Under the pieces are notes generated by a model. That model was given only the letters and a program-made list of their open reading frames with translations, had not been told where the DNA came from and did not search any database. From Eledone cirrhosa (lineage: Eukaryota), in contig OZ024747.1 in NCBI GenBank assembly GCA_964016885.1, positions 32,860,001 through 32,924,000 of the forward strand: a stretch of 64,000 nucleotides of DNA, in the 5' to 3' direction. Shown here one piece after another: positions 24,901 through 43,200 of the stretch. The translations under genes and the position numbers were made by a program. The number at the start of each line of letters is the position of its first letter. The first letter of the stretch is position 1.

Positions 24901-27900
24901 TCACAGTAATACACAATATATCATTATCACAGTAATACACAGTATATCATTATCAGTGTAATATACAGTATATCATTATCACAGTAATACACAATATATC
25001 ATTATCCCAGTAATACACAATATATCATTATCACAGTAATACACAGTATATCATTATCAGTGTAATATACAGTATATCAATATCAGTGTAATACACAGTA
25101 TATCATTATCACAGTAATACACAGTATATCATTATCACAGTAATATACAATATATCATTATCACAGTAATCCACAGTATATCATTATCCCAGTAATACAC
25201 AGTATATCATTAACAGTGTAATACACAGTATATCAATATCAGTGTAATACACAGTATATCATTATCAGTGTAATACACAGTATATCAATATCACAGTAAT
25301 ACACAATATATCATTATCACAGTAATACACAGTATATCATTATCACAGTAATACACAGTATATCATTATCACAGTAATACACAGTATATCAATATCACAG
25401 TAATACACAATATATCATTATCACAGTAATACACAATATATCATTATCAGTGTAATACACAGTATATCATTAACAGTGTAATACACAGTATATCAATATC
25501 AGTGTAATACACAGTATATCATAATCACAGTAATACACAATATATCATTATCACAGTAATACACAATATATCATTATCCCAGTAACACACAGTATATCAA
25601 TATAAGTGTAATACACAGTATATCGTTATCCCAGTAACACACAGTATATCATTATCAGTGTAATACACAATATATCATTATCACAGTAATACACAATATA
25701 TCATTATCACAGTAATACACAATATATCATTATCACAGTAATACACAATATATCATTATCAGAGTAATACACAGTATATCATTATCAGTGTAATATACAG
25801 TATATCAATATCAGTGTAATACACAGTATATCATTATCACAGTAATACACAGTATATCATTATCACAGTAATACACAATATATCAGTATCACAGTAATAC
25901 ACAAAATATCATTATCAGTGTAATACATAGTATATCATTATCACAGTAATACACAATATATCATTTTCAGTATAATATACAATATATCATTATCAGAGTA
26001 ATACACAATATAACATTATCACTGTAATACACAGTATATCATTATCTCAGTAATACACAGTATATCATTATCACAGTAATACACAATATATCATTATCAC
26101 AGTAATATAAAATATATCATTATCACATTAATACACAATATATCATTATCACAGTAATACACAATATATCATTATCACAGTAATACACAATATATCATTA
26201 TCAGATTAATACACAGTATATCATTATCAGTGTAATATACAGTATATCAATATCAGTGTAATACACAGTATATCATTATCACAGTAATACACAGTATATC
26301 ATTATCACAGTAATATACAATATATCATTTCAGTGTAATATACAATATATCATTATCAGAGTAATACACAGTATATCATTATCAGTGTAATACACAATAT
26401 ATCATTATCAGTGTAATACACAGTATATCATTATCACAGTAATACATAGTATATCATTATCACAGTATTACACAATATATCATTATCACAGCAATACACA
26501 GTATATCATTCTCACAGTAATACACAGTATATCATTATCACAGTAATACACAATATATCATTATCACAGTAATACACAGTATATCATTATCACAGTAATA
26601 CACAGTATATCATTATCACAGTAATACACAGTATAACATTATCTCAGTAATACACAGTATATCATTATCACAGTAATACACAATATATCATTATCACAGT
26701 AATACACAATATATCGTTATCACAGTAATACACAATATAGCATTATCACAGTATTACACAGTATATCATTATCAGTGTAATATACAGTATATCATCATCA
26801 CAGTAATACACAATATATCATTTTCCCAGTAATACACAATATATCATTATCAGTGTAATACACAGTATATCATAATCACAGCAATACACAATATATCATT
26901 ATCAGAGTAATTCACAATATATCATTATCAGTGTAATACACAATATATCATTATCAGTGTAATATACAGTATATCATTATCACAGTAATACACAGTATAT
27001 CATTATCAGTGTAATATACAGTATATCAATATCAGTGTAATACACAATCTATCAATATCACAGTAATATACAATATATCATTATCACAGTAATACACAGT
27101 ATATCATTATCCCAGTAATACACACTATATCATTAACAGTGTAATACACAATGTATCACTATAAATGTAATACACAATATATCATTATCAGTGTAATACA
27201 CAGTATATTTATACCACAGTAATACACAGTATATCATTATCACAGTAATAGAAAATATATCATTATCAGTGGTAATACACAGTATATCATTATCAGTGTA
27301 ATAAACAGTATATCATTATCAGAGTAATATACAATATATCATTATCAGTGTAATACACAGTATATCAATATCAGTGTAATACACATTATATCATTATCAG
27401 AGTAATACACAGTATATGATTAACAGTGTAATACACAGTATATCATTATCAGTGTAATACACAATATATCATTATCCCAGTAATACACAGTATATCATTA
27501 TCCCAGTAATACACAGTATATCATTAATAGTGTAATACACAATATATCATTATCCCAGTAATACACAATATATCATTATCCCAGTAATACACAATATATC
27601 ATTATCAGTGTAATACACAGTATATCAATATCAGGGTAATACACAGTATATCATTTTCACAGTAATACACAGTATATCATTATCCCAGTAATACACAATA
27701 TATCATTATCAGTGTAATACACAGTATATCATTAACAGTGTAATACACAGTATATCAATATCACAGTAATACACAGTATATCAATATCAGTGTAATACAC
27801 AATACATCATTATCACAGTAATACACAGTATATCATTATCAGTGTGATATACAGTATATCATTATCACAGTAATACACAATATATCATTATCCCAGTAAT

Positions 27901-30900
27901 ACACAATATATCATTGTCAGTGTAATACACAGTATATCATTATCACAGTAATACACAGTATATCATTATCAGTGTAATATACAGTATATCAATATCAGTG
28001 TAATACACAGTATATCATTATCACAGTAATATACAATATATCATTATCACAGTAATACACAGTATATCATTATCCCAGTAATACACAGTATATCATTAAC
28101 AGTGTAATACACAGTATATCAATATCAGTGTAATACACAATATATAATTATCAGTGTAATACACAGTATATCATTATCAGTGTAATACACAGTATATCTT
28201 TATGACAGTAATACACAATATATCTTTATCACAGTAATACCAAATATATCATTATCACAGTAATACACAATATATCATTATCACAGTAATACACAATATA
28301 TCATTATCACAGTAATATACAATATATCAGTATCACAGTAATATACAAAATATCATTATCAGTGTAATACATAGTATATCGTTACACAGTAATACACAAT
28401 ATATCATTTTCAGTATAATATACAATATATCATTATCAGAGTAATACACAATATAACATTATCACTGTAATACACAGTATATCATTATCTCAGTAATACA
28501 CAGTATATCATTATCAGTGTGATATACAGTATATCATTATCACAGTAATACACAATATATCATTATCCCAGTAATACACAATATATCATTGTCAGTGTAA
28601 TACACAGTATATCATTATCACAGTAATACACAGTATATCATTATCAGTGTAATATACAGTATATCAATATCAGTGTAATACACAGTATATCATTATCACA
28701 GTAATATACAGTATATCATTATCCCAGTAATACACAGTATATCATTAACAGTGTAATACACAGTATATCAATATCAGTGTAATACACAATATATAATTAT
28801 CAGTGTAATACACAGTATATCATTATCAGTGTAATACACAGTATATCTTTATGACAGTAATACACAATATATCTTTATCACAGTAATACCAAATATATCA
28901 TTATCACAGTAAGACACAATATATCATTATCACAGTAATACACAATATATCATTATCACAGTAATACACAATATATCAGTATCACAGTAATATACAAAAT
29001 ATCATTATCAGTGTAATACATAGAATATCATTACACAGTAATACACAATATATCATTTTCAGTATAATATACAATATATCATTATCAGAGTAATACACAA
29101 TATAACATTATCACTGTAATACACAGTATATCATTATCTCAGTAATACACAGTATATCATTATCACAGTAATACACAATATATCATTATCACAGTAATAT
29201 ACAATATATCATTATCACATTAATACACAATATATCATTATCACAGTATTACACAATACATCATTATCAGTGTAATACACAGTATATCATTATCAGAGTA
29301 ATACACAATATATCATTATCACAGTAATACACAGTATATCATTATCACAGTAATACACTATATATCATTATCAGTGTAATACACAATATATCATTATCAC
29401 AGTAATACACAATATATCATTATCACAGTAATACACAGTATATCATTATCCCAGTAATACACAATATATCATTATCAGTGTATTACACAATATATCATTA
29501 GCACAGTAATACACAATATATCATTATCACAGTAATACACTATATATCATTATCAGTGTAATACACAATATATCATTAGCACAGTAATACACAATATATC
29601 ATTATCACAGTAATACACTATATATCATTATCAGGGTAATACACAATACATCATTAGCACAGTAATACACAGTATATCATTATCACAGAAATACACAATA
29701 TATCATTATCACAGTAATACACAATATATCATTATCACAGAAATACACAATATATCATTATCACAGTAATACACAGTATATCATTATCAGTGTAATATAC
29801 AGTATATCAATATCAGTGTAATAGACAATCTATCAATATCACAGTAATATACAATATATCATTATCACAGTAATACACAGTATATCATTATCCCAGTAAT
29901 ACACACTATATCATTAACAGTGTAATACACAATGTATCACTATAAATGTAATACACAGTATATCATTATCAGTGTAATACACAGTATATTTATACCACAG
30001 TAATACACAGTATATCATTATCACAGTAATAGAAAATATATCATTATCAGTGGTAATACACAGTATATCATTATCAGTGTAATAAACAGTATATCATTAT
30101 CAGAGTAATACACAATATATCATTATCAGTGTAATACACAGTATATCAATATCAGTGTAATACACATTATATCATTATCAGAGTAATACACAGTATATGA
30201 TTAACAGTGTAATACACAGTATATCATTATCAGTGTAATACACAATATATCATTATCCCAGTAATACACAGTATATCATTATCCCAGTAATACACAGTAT
30301 ATCATTAATAGTGTAATACACAATATATCATTATCCCAGTAATACACAATATATCATTATCCCAGTAATACACAATATATCATTATCAGTGTAATACACA
30401 GTATATCAATATCAGTGTAATACACAGTATATCATTTTCACAGTAATACACAGTATATCATTATCCCAGTAATACACAATATATCATTATCAGTGTAATA
30501 CACAGTATATCATTAACAGTGTAATACACAGTATATCAATATCACAGTAATACACAGTATATCAATATCAGTGTAATACACAATACATCATTATCACAGT
30601 AATACACAGTATATCATTATCAGTGTGATATACAGTATATCATTATTACAGTAATACACAATATATCATTATCCCAGTAATACACAATATATCATTGTCA
30701 GTGTAATACACAGTATATCATTATCACAGTAATACACAGTATATCATTATCACTGTAATATACAGTATATCAATATCAGTGTAATACACAGTATATCATT
30801 ATCACAGTAATATACAATATATCATTATCACAGTAATACACAGTATATCATTATCCCAGTAATACACAGTATATCATTAACAGTGTAATACACAGTATAT

Positions 30901-33900
30901 CAATATCAGTGTAATACACAATATATAATTATCAGTGTAATACACAGTATATCATTATCAGTGTAATACACAGTATATCTTTATGACAGTAATACACAAT
31001 ATATCTTTATCACAGTAATACCAAATATATTATTATCACAGTAATACACAATATATCATTATCACAGTAATACACAATATATCATTATCACAGTAATACA
31101 CAATATATCAGTATCACAGTAATATACAATATATCATTATCAGAGTAATACACAATATAACATTATCACTGTAATACACAGTATATCATTATCTCAGTAA
31201 TACACAGTATATCATTATCACAGTAATACACAATATATCATTATCACAGTAATATACAATATATCATTATCACATTAATACACAATATATCATTATCACA
31301 GTAATACACAATACATCATTATCAGTGTAATACACAGTATATCATTATCAGAGTAATACACAATATATCATTATCACAGTAATACACAGTATATCATTAT
31401 CACAGTAATACACTATATATCATTATCAGTGTAATACACAATATATCATTATCACAGTAATACACAATATATCATTATCACAGTAATACACAGTATATCA
31501 TTATCCCAGTAATACACCATATATCATTATCAGTGTATTACACAATATATCATTAGCACAGTAATACACAATATATCATTATCACAGTAATACACTATAT
31601 ATCATTATCAGTGTAATACACAATATATCATTAGCACAGTAATACACAATATATCATTATCACAGTAATACACTATATATCATTATCAGGGTAATACACA
31701 ATACATCATTAGCACAGTAATACACAGTATATCATTATCACAGAAACACACAATATATCATTATCACAGTAATACACAATATATCATTATCACAGAACTA
31801 CACAATATATCATTATCACAGTAATACACAGTATAGCATTATCAATGTAATACATAATATATCATTATCCCAGTAATACAAAATATATCAATATCAGTGT
31901 AATACACAGTATATCATTATTAGTGTAATACACAATATATCATTATCACAGTAATATACAGTATATCATTATCAGTGTAATACACACTATATTATTAGCA
32001 CAGTAATACACAATATATCATTATCACAGTAATACACAATATATCATCATCACAGTAATACACAATATATCATTATCAGTGTAATACACAATATATCATT
32101 ATCCCAGTAATACACAATATATCATTATCAGTGTAATGCACAATATATCATTATCCCAGTAATACACAATATATCATTATCAGTGTAATACACAATATAT
32201 TATTATCACAGTAATACACAATATATCATTATCACAGTAATACACAATATATCATTATCAGTGTAATACACAATATATCATTATCACAGTAATACACAGT
32301 ATATCATTATCAGTTTAATACACAATATATCATTATTCCAGTAATACACAATATATCAATATCAGTGTAATACACAGTATATCATTATCAGTGTAATACA
32401 CAATATATCATTATCACAGTAATACACAATATATCATTATCACAGAAATACACAATATATCATTATCACAGCAATACACAATATATCATTATCACAGAAA
32501 TACACAATATATCATTATCAGTGTAATACACAATATATCATTATCACAGTAATACCCTATATATCATTATCAGGGTAATACACAATATATCATTATCACA
32601 GAAATACACAATATATCATTATCACAGTAATACACAATATATCATTATCAGTGTAATACACAATATATCATTATCCCAGTAATACACAATATATTATTAT
32701 CACAGTAATACACAATATATCATTATCACAGTAATACACAGTATATCATTATCAGTGTAATACACAATATATCATTATCACAGTAATACACAATATATCA
32801 TTATCAGTGTAATACACAATATATCATTATCACAGTAATACACAGTATATCATTATCACAGAAATACACAATATATCATTATCACAGTAATACACAGTAT
32901 ATCATTATCACAGAAATACACAATATATCATTATCAGTGTAATACACAATATATCATTATCAGTGTAATACACAATATATCATTATCCTAGTAATAAACA
33001 ATATATAATTATCACAGTAATACACAGTATATCATTATCAGTGTAATACACAATATATCATTATCCCAGTAATACACAATATATCAATATCAGTGTAATA
33101 CACAGTATATCATTATCTCAGTAATACACAATAAATCATTATCACAGTAATACACAATATATCATTATCAGTGTAATACACAATATATCATTATCACAGT
33201 AATACACAGTATATCATTATTAGTGTAATACACAGTATATCATTATCAGAGTAATACACAATATATCATTATCACAGTAATACACAATATATCATTATCA
33301 CAGTAATACACAATATATCATTATCACAGTAATACACAATATATCATTATCACAGAAATACACAATATATCATTATCACAGCAATATATCATTATCAGTG
33401 TAATACACAATATATCATTATCAGTGTAATACACAATATATCATTATCCCAGTAATACACAGTATATCATTATCATTGTAATACACAATATATCATTATC
33501 AGTGAAATATACAATATATCATTATCCCAGTAATACACAGTATATCATTATCACAGTAATACACTATATCTCATTATCCCAGTAATGCACAGTATATCAA
33601 TATCAGTTTAATGCACAGTATATCATTATCCCAGTAATACACAGTATATCATTAACAGTGTAATACACAGTATACCATTAACAGTGTAATACACTGTATA
33701 TCATTAACAGTGTAATACACAATATATCAATATCAGTGTAATATACAGTATATCATTATCACAGTAATATACAATATATCATTATCAGTGTAATACACAG
33801 TATATCAATATCAGAGTAATACACACTATATCATTATCACAGTAATACACTATATATCATTATCAGTGTAATACACAATATATCATTAGCACAGTAATAC

Positions 33901-36900
33901 ACAATATATCATTATAAAAGTAATACACTATATATCATTATCAGGGTAATACACAATATATCATTAGCACAGTAATACACAATATATCATTATCACAGAA
34001 ATACACAATATATCATTATCACAGTAATACACAATATATCATTATCACAGTAATACACAATATATCATTATCAGTGTAATACACAATATATCATTATCAC
34101 AGTAATACACAATATATCATTATCACAGTAATACACGGTATATCATTATCAGTTTAATACACAGTATATCATTATCAGTGTAATACACAATATATCATTA
34201 TCACAGTAATACACGGTATATCATTATCAGTGTAATACACAATATATCAATATCAGTGTAATATACAGTATATCATTATCACAGTAATACACATTATATC
34301 ATTATCACAGTAATACACCGTATACCATTAACAGTGTAATACACAGTATATCATTAACAGTGTAATACACAATATATCAATATCAGTGTAATACACAGTA
34401 TATCATTATCAGTGAAATATACAGTATATCATTATCACAGTAATATACAGTATATCATTTTCAGTGTAATACACAGTATATCATTATCAGTGTAATATAC
34501 AGTATATCATTATCACAGTAATACACAGTACATCATTATCCCAGTAATACACAATATATCATTATCACAGTAATACACAATATATCATTATCACAGTAGT
34601 ACACAATATATCATTATCAATGTAATACACAACATATCATTATCCCAGTAATACACAATATATCATTATCACACTAATACACAATATATCATTATCACAG
34701 TAATACACAGTATATCATTATCAGTGTAATACACAATATATCATTATTACAGTAATCCACAATATATCATAATCAGTGTAATACACAATATATTATTATC
34801 ACAGTAATACACAGTATATCATTATCACAGAAATACACAATATATCATTATCACAGCAATACACAATATATCATTATCAGTGTAATACACAATATATCAT
34901 TATCAGTGTAATACACAATATATCATTATCCCAATAATACACAATATATCATTATCACAGTAATACACAGTATATCATTATCAGTGTAATACACAATATA
35001 TCATTATCCCAGTAATACACAATATATCAATATCAGTGTAATACACAGTATATCATTATCTCAGTAATACACAATATATCATTATCACAGTAATACACAA
35101 TATATCATTATCAGTGTAATACACAATATATCATTATCACAGTAATACACAGTATATCATTATCAGTGTAATACACAGTATATCCTTATCAGAGTAATAC
35201 ACAATATATCATTATCACAGTAATACACAATATATCATTATCACAGTAATAAACAATATATCATTATCACAGAAATACACAATATATCATTATCAGAGCA
35301 ATACACAATATATCATTATCAGTGTAATACACAATATATCATTATCCCAGTAATACACTGTATATCATTATCACAGTAATACACAATATATCATTATCAG
35401 TGTAATATACAATATAACATTATTCCAGGAATATACAGTATATCATTATCACAGTAATACACTATATATCATTATCCCAGTAATACACAGTATATCAATA
35501 TCAGTGTAATACACAGTATATCATTATCAGTGTAATACACAATATATCATTATCACAGTAATACACAGTATATCATTATCAGTGTAATACACAATATATC
35601 ATTATCACAGTAATACACAATATATCATTATCACAGAAATACACAATATATCATTATCAGTGTAATACACAATATATCATTATCCCAGTAACACACAATA
35701 TATCATTATCACAGTAATACCCTATATATCATTATCAGGGTAATACACAATATATCATTAGCACAGTAATACACAATATATCATTATCACAGAAATACAT
35801 AATATATCATTATCACAGTAATACACAATATATTATTATCAGTGTAATACACAATATATCATTATCCCAGTAATACACAATATATCATTATCACAGTAAT
35901 ACACAATATATCATTATCACAGTAATACACAGTATATCATTATCAGTGTAATACACAATATATCATTACCACAGTAATACACAATATATCATTATCAGTG
36001 TAATACACAATATATCATTATCACAGTAATACACAGTATATCATTATCACAGAAATACACAATATATCATTATCACAGTAATACACGGTATATCATTATC
36101 ACAGAAATACACAATATATCATTATCAGTGTAATACACAATATATCATTATCAGTGTAATACACAATATATCATTATCCTAGTAATACACAATATATCAT
36201 TATCACAGTAATACACAGTATATCATTATCAGTGTAATACACAATATATCATTATCCCAGTAATACACAATATATCAATATCAGTGTAATACACAGTATA
36301 TCATTATCTCAGTAATACACAATAAATCATTATCACAGTATTACACAATATATCATTATCAGTGTAATACACAATATATCATTATCACAGTAATACACAG
36401 TATATCATTATCAGTGTAATACACAGTATATCATTATCAGAGTAATACACAATATATCATTATCACAGTAATACACAATATATCATTATCACAGTAATAC
36501 ACAATATATCATTATCAGTGTAATACACAATATATCATTATCACAGTAATACACAATATATCATTATCACAGTAATACACGGTATATCATTATCAGTTTA
36601 ATACACAGTATATCATTATCAGTGTAATACACAATATATCATTATCACAGTAATACACGGTATATCATTATCAGTGTAATACACAATATATCAATATCAG
36701 TGTAATATACAGTATATCATAATCACAGTAATATACAGTATATCATTATCAGTGTAATACACAGTATATCAATATCAGAGTAATACACAATATATCATTA
36801 TCACAGTAATACACAATATATCATTATCACAGTAATACACAATATATCATTATCAGTGTAATACACAATATATCATTAACAGTGTAATACACAATATATC

Positions 36901-39900
36901 AATATCAGTGTAATACACAGTATATCATTATCAGTGAAATATACAGTATATCATTATCACAGTAATATACAGTATATCATTTTCAGTGTAATACACAGTA
37001 TATCATTATCAGTGTAATATACAGTATATCATTATCACAGTAATACACAGTACATCATTATCCCAGTAATACACAATATATCATTATCACAGTAATACAC
37101 AATATATCATTATCACAGTAGTACACAATATATCATTATCAATGTAATAAACAACATATGATTATCCCAGTAATACACAATATATCATTATCACACTAAT
37201 ACACAATATATCATTATCACAGTAATACACAGTATATCATTATCAGTGTAATACACAATATATCATTATTACAGTAATCCACAATATATCATAATCAGTG
37301 TAATACACAATATATTATTATCACAGTAATACACAGTATATCATTATCACAGAAATACACAATATATCATTATCACAGCAATACACAATATATCATTATC
37401 AGTGTAATACACAATATATCATTATCAGTGTAATACACAATATATCATTATCCCAATAATACACAATATATCATTATCACAGTAATACACAGTATATCAT
37501 TATCAGTGTAATACACAATATATCATTATCCCAGTAATACACAATATATCAATATCAGTGTAATACACAGTATATCATTATCTCAGTAATACACAATATA
37601 TCATTATCACAGTAATACACAATATATCATTATCAGTGTAATACACAATATATCATTATCACAGTAATACACAGTATATCATTATCAGTGTAATACACAG
37701 TATATCATTATCAGAGTAATACACAATATATCATTATCACAGTAATACACAATATATCATTATCACAGTAATACACAATATATCATTATCACAGAAATAC
37801 ACAATATATCATTATCAGAGCAATACACAATATATCATTATCAGTGTAATACACAATATATCATTATCAGTGTAATACACAATATATCATTATCCCAGTA
37901 ATACACAGTATATCATTATCACAGTAATACACAATATATCATTATCAGTGTAATATACAATATAACATTATTCCAGGAATATACAGTATATCATTATCAC
38001 AGTAATACACTATATATCATTATCCCAGTAATACACAGTATATCAATATCAGTGTAATACACAGTATATCATTATCAGTGTAATACACAATATATCATTA
38101 TCACAGTAATACACAGTATATCATTATCAGTGTAATACACAATATATCATTATCACAGTAATACACAATATATCATTATCACAGAAATACACAATATATC
38201 ATTATCAGTGTAATACACAATATATCATTATCCCAGTAACACACAATATATCATTATCACAGTAATACCCTATATATCATTATCAGGGTAATACACAATA
38301 TATCATTAGCACAGTAATACACAATATATCATTATCACAGAAATACATAATATATCATTATCACAGTAATACACAATATATCATTATCAGTGTAATACAC
38401 AATATATCATTATCCCAGTAATACACAATATATCATTATCACAGTAATACACAATATATCATTATCACAGTAATACACAGTATATCATTATCAGTGTATA
38501 CACAATATATCATTACCACAGTAATACACAATATATCATTATCAGTGTAATACACAATATATCATTATCACAGTAATACACAGTATATCATTATCACAGA
38601 AATACACAATATATCATTATCACAGTAATACACGGTATATCATTATCACAGAAATACACAATATATCATTATCAGTGTAATACACAATATATCATTATCA
38701 GTGTAATACACAATATATCATTATCCTAGTAATACACAATATATCATTATCACAGTAATACACAGTATATCATTATCAGTGTAATACACAATATATCATT
38801 ATCCCAGTAATACACAATATATCAATATCAGTGTAATACACAGTATATCATTATCTCAGTAATACACAATAAATCATTATCACAGTATTACACAATATAT
38901 CATTATCAGTGTAATACACAATATATCATTATCACAGTAATACACAGTATATCATTATCAGTGTAATACACAGTATATCATTATCAGAGTAATACACAAT
39001 ATATCATTATCACAGTAATACACAATATATCATTATCACAGTAATACACAATATATCATTATCACAGTAATACACAATATATCATTATCCCAGTAATACA
39101 CAATATATCATTATCACAGTAATACCCTATATATCATTATCAGGGTAATACACAATATATCATTAGCACAGTAATACCCTATATATCATTATCAGGGTAA
39201 TACACAATATATCATTAGCACAGTAATACACAATATATCATTATCCTAGTAATAAACAATATATAATTATCACAGTAATACACAGTATATCATTATCAGT
39301 GTAATACACAATATATCATTATCAGTGTAATACACAATATATCATTATCCCAGTAATACACAGTATATCATTATCACAGTAATACACAATATATCATTAT
39401 CAGTGTAATATACAATATAACATTATTCCAGGAATATACAGTATATCATTATCACAGTAATACACTATATATCATTATCCCAGTAATACACAGTATATCA
39501 ATATCAGTGTAATACACAGTATATCATTATCAGTGTAATACACAATATATCATTATCACAGTAATACACAGTATATCATTATCAGTGTAATACACAATAT
39601 ATCATTATCACAGTAATACACAATATATCATTATCACAGAAATACACAATATATCATTATCAGTGTAATACACAATATATCATTATCCCAGTAACACACA
39701 ATATATCATTATCACAGTAATACCCTATATATCATTATCAGGGTAATACACAATATATCATTAGCACAGTAATACACAATATATCATTATCACAGAAATA
39801 CATAATATATCATTATCACAGTAATACACAATATATCATTATCAGTGTAATACACAATATATCATTATCCCAGTAATACACAATATATCATTATCACAGT

Positions 39901-40269
39901 AATACACAATATATCATTATCACAGTAATAAACAGTATATCATTATCAGTGTAATACACAATATATCATTACCACAGTAATACACAATATATCATTATCA
40001 GTGTAATACACAATATATCATTATCACAGTAATACACAGTATATCATTATCACAGAAATACACAATATATCATTATCACAGTAATACACGGTATATCATT
40101 ATCACAGAAATACACAATATATCATTATCAGTGTAATACACAATATATCATTATCAGTGTAATACACAATATATCATTATCCTAGTAATACACAATATAT
40201 CATTATCACAGTAATACACAGTATATCATTATCAGTGTAATACACAATATATCATTATCCCAGTAATAC

Positions 40270-43200
40270 ACAATATATCATTATCACAGTAATACACGGT
40301 ATATCATTATCAGTTTAATACACAGTATATCATTATCAGTGTAATACACAATATATCATTATCACAGTAATACACGGTATATCATTATCAGTGTAATACA
40401 CAATATATCAATATCAGTGTAATATACAGTATATCATAATCACAGTAATATACAGTATATCATTATCAGTGTAATACACAGTATATCAATATCAGAGTAA
40501 TACACAATATATCATTATCACAGTAATACACAATATATCATTATCACAGTAATACACAATATATCATTATCAGTGTAATACACAATATATCATTATCAGT
40601 GTAATACACAATATATCAATATCAGTGTAATATACAGTATATCATTATCACAGTAATACACATTATATCATTATCACAGTAATACACCGTATACCATTAA
40701 CAGTGTAATACACAGTATATCATTAACAGTGTAATACACAATATATCAATATCAGTGTATATCATTATCAGTGAAATATACAGTATATCATTATCACAGT
40801 AATATACAGTATATCATTTTCAGTGTAATACACAGTATATCATTATCAGTGTAATATACAGTATATCATTATCACAGTAATACACAGTACATCATTATCC
40901 CAGTAATACACAATATATCATTATCACAGTAATACACAATATATCATTATCACAGTAGTACACAATATATCATTATCAATGTAATACACAACATATCATT
41001 ATCCCAGTAATACACAATATATCATTATCACACTAATACACATTATATCATTATCACAGTAATACACAGTATATCATTATCAGTGTAATACACAATATAT
41101 CATTATTACAGTAATCCACAATATATCATAATCAGTGTAATACACAATATATTATTATCACAGTAATACACAGTATATCATTATCACAGAAATACACAAT
41201 ATATCATTATCACAGCAATACACAATATATCATTATCAGTGTAATACACAATATATCATTATCAGTGTAATACACAATATATCATTATCCCAATAATACA
41301 CAATATATCATTATCACAGTAATACACAGTATATCATTATCAGTGTAATACACAATATATCATTATCCCAGTAATACACAATATATCAATATCAGTGTAA
41401 TACACAGTATATCATTATCTCAGTAATACACAATATATCATTATCACAGTAATACACAATATATCATTATCAGTGTAATACACAATATATCATTATCACA
41501 GTAATACACAGTATATCATTATCAGTGTAATACACAGTATATCATTATCAGAGTAATACACAATATATCATTATCACAGTAATACACAATATATCATTAT
41601 CACAGTAATACACAATATATCATTATCACAGAAATACACAATATATCATTATCAGAGCAATACACAATATATCATTATCAGTGTAATACACAATATATCA
41701 TTATCAGTGTAATACACAATATATCATTATCCCAGTAATACACAGTATATCATTATCACAGTAATACACAATATATCATTATCAGTGTAATATACAATAT
41801 AACATTATTCCAGGAATATACAGTATATCATTATCACAGTAATACACTATATATCATTATCCCAGTAATACACAGTATATCAATATCAGTGTAATACACA
41901 GTATATCATTATCAGTGTAATACACAATATATCATTATCACAGTAATACACAGTATATCATTATCAGTGTAATACACAATATATCATTATCACAGTAATA
42001 CACAATATATCATTATCACAGAAATACACAATATATCATTATCAGTGTAATACAAAATATATCATTATCCCAGTAACACACAATATATCATTATCACAGT
42101 AATACCCTATATATCATTATCAGGGTAATACACAATATATCATTAGCACAGTAATACACAATATATCATTATCACAGAAATACATAATATATCATTATCA
42201 CAGTAATACACAATATATCATTATCAGTGTAATACACAATATATCATTATCCCAGTAATACACAATATATCATTATCACAGTAATACACAATATATCATT
42301 ATCACAGTAATACACAGTATATCATTATCAGTGTAATACACAATATATCATTACCACAGTAATACACAATATATCATTATCAGTGTAATACACAATATAT
42401 CATTATCACAGTAATACACAGTATATCATTATCACAGAAATACACAATATATCATTATCACAGTAATACACGGTATATCATTATCACAGAAATACACAAT
42501 ATATCATTATCAGTGTAATACACAATATATCATTATCAGTGTAATACACAATATATCATTATCCTAGTAATACACAATATATCATTATCACAGTAATACA
42601 CAGTATATCATTATCAGTGTAATACACAATATATCATTATCCCAGTAATACACAATATATCAATATCAGTGTAATACACAGTATATCATTATCTCAGTAA
42701 TACACAATAAATCATTATCACAGTATTACACAATATATCATTATCAGTGTAATACACAATATATCATTATCACAGTAATACACAGTATATCATTATCAGT
42801 GTAATACACAGTATATCATTATCAGAGTAATACACAATATATCATTATCACAGTAATACACAATATATCATTATCACAGTAATACACAATATATCATTAT
42901 CACAGTAATACACAATATATCATTATCCCAGTAATACACAATATATCATTATCACAGTAATACCCTATATATCATTATCAGGGTAATACACAATATATCA
43001 TTAGCACAGTAATACCCTATATATCATTATCAGGGTAATACACAATATATCATTAGCACAGTAATACACAATATATCATTATCCTAGTAATAAACAATAT
43101 ATAATTATCACAGTAATACACAGTATATCATTATCAGTGTAATACACAATATATCATTATCAGTGTAATACACAATATATCATTATCCTAGTAATAAACA

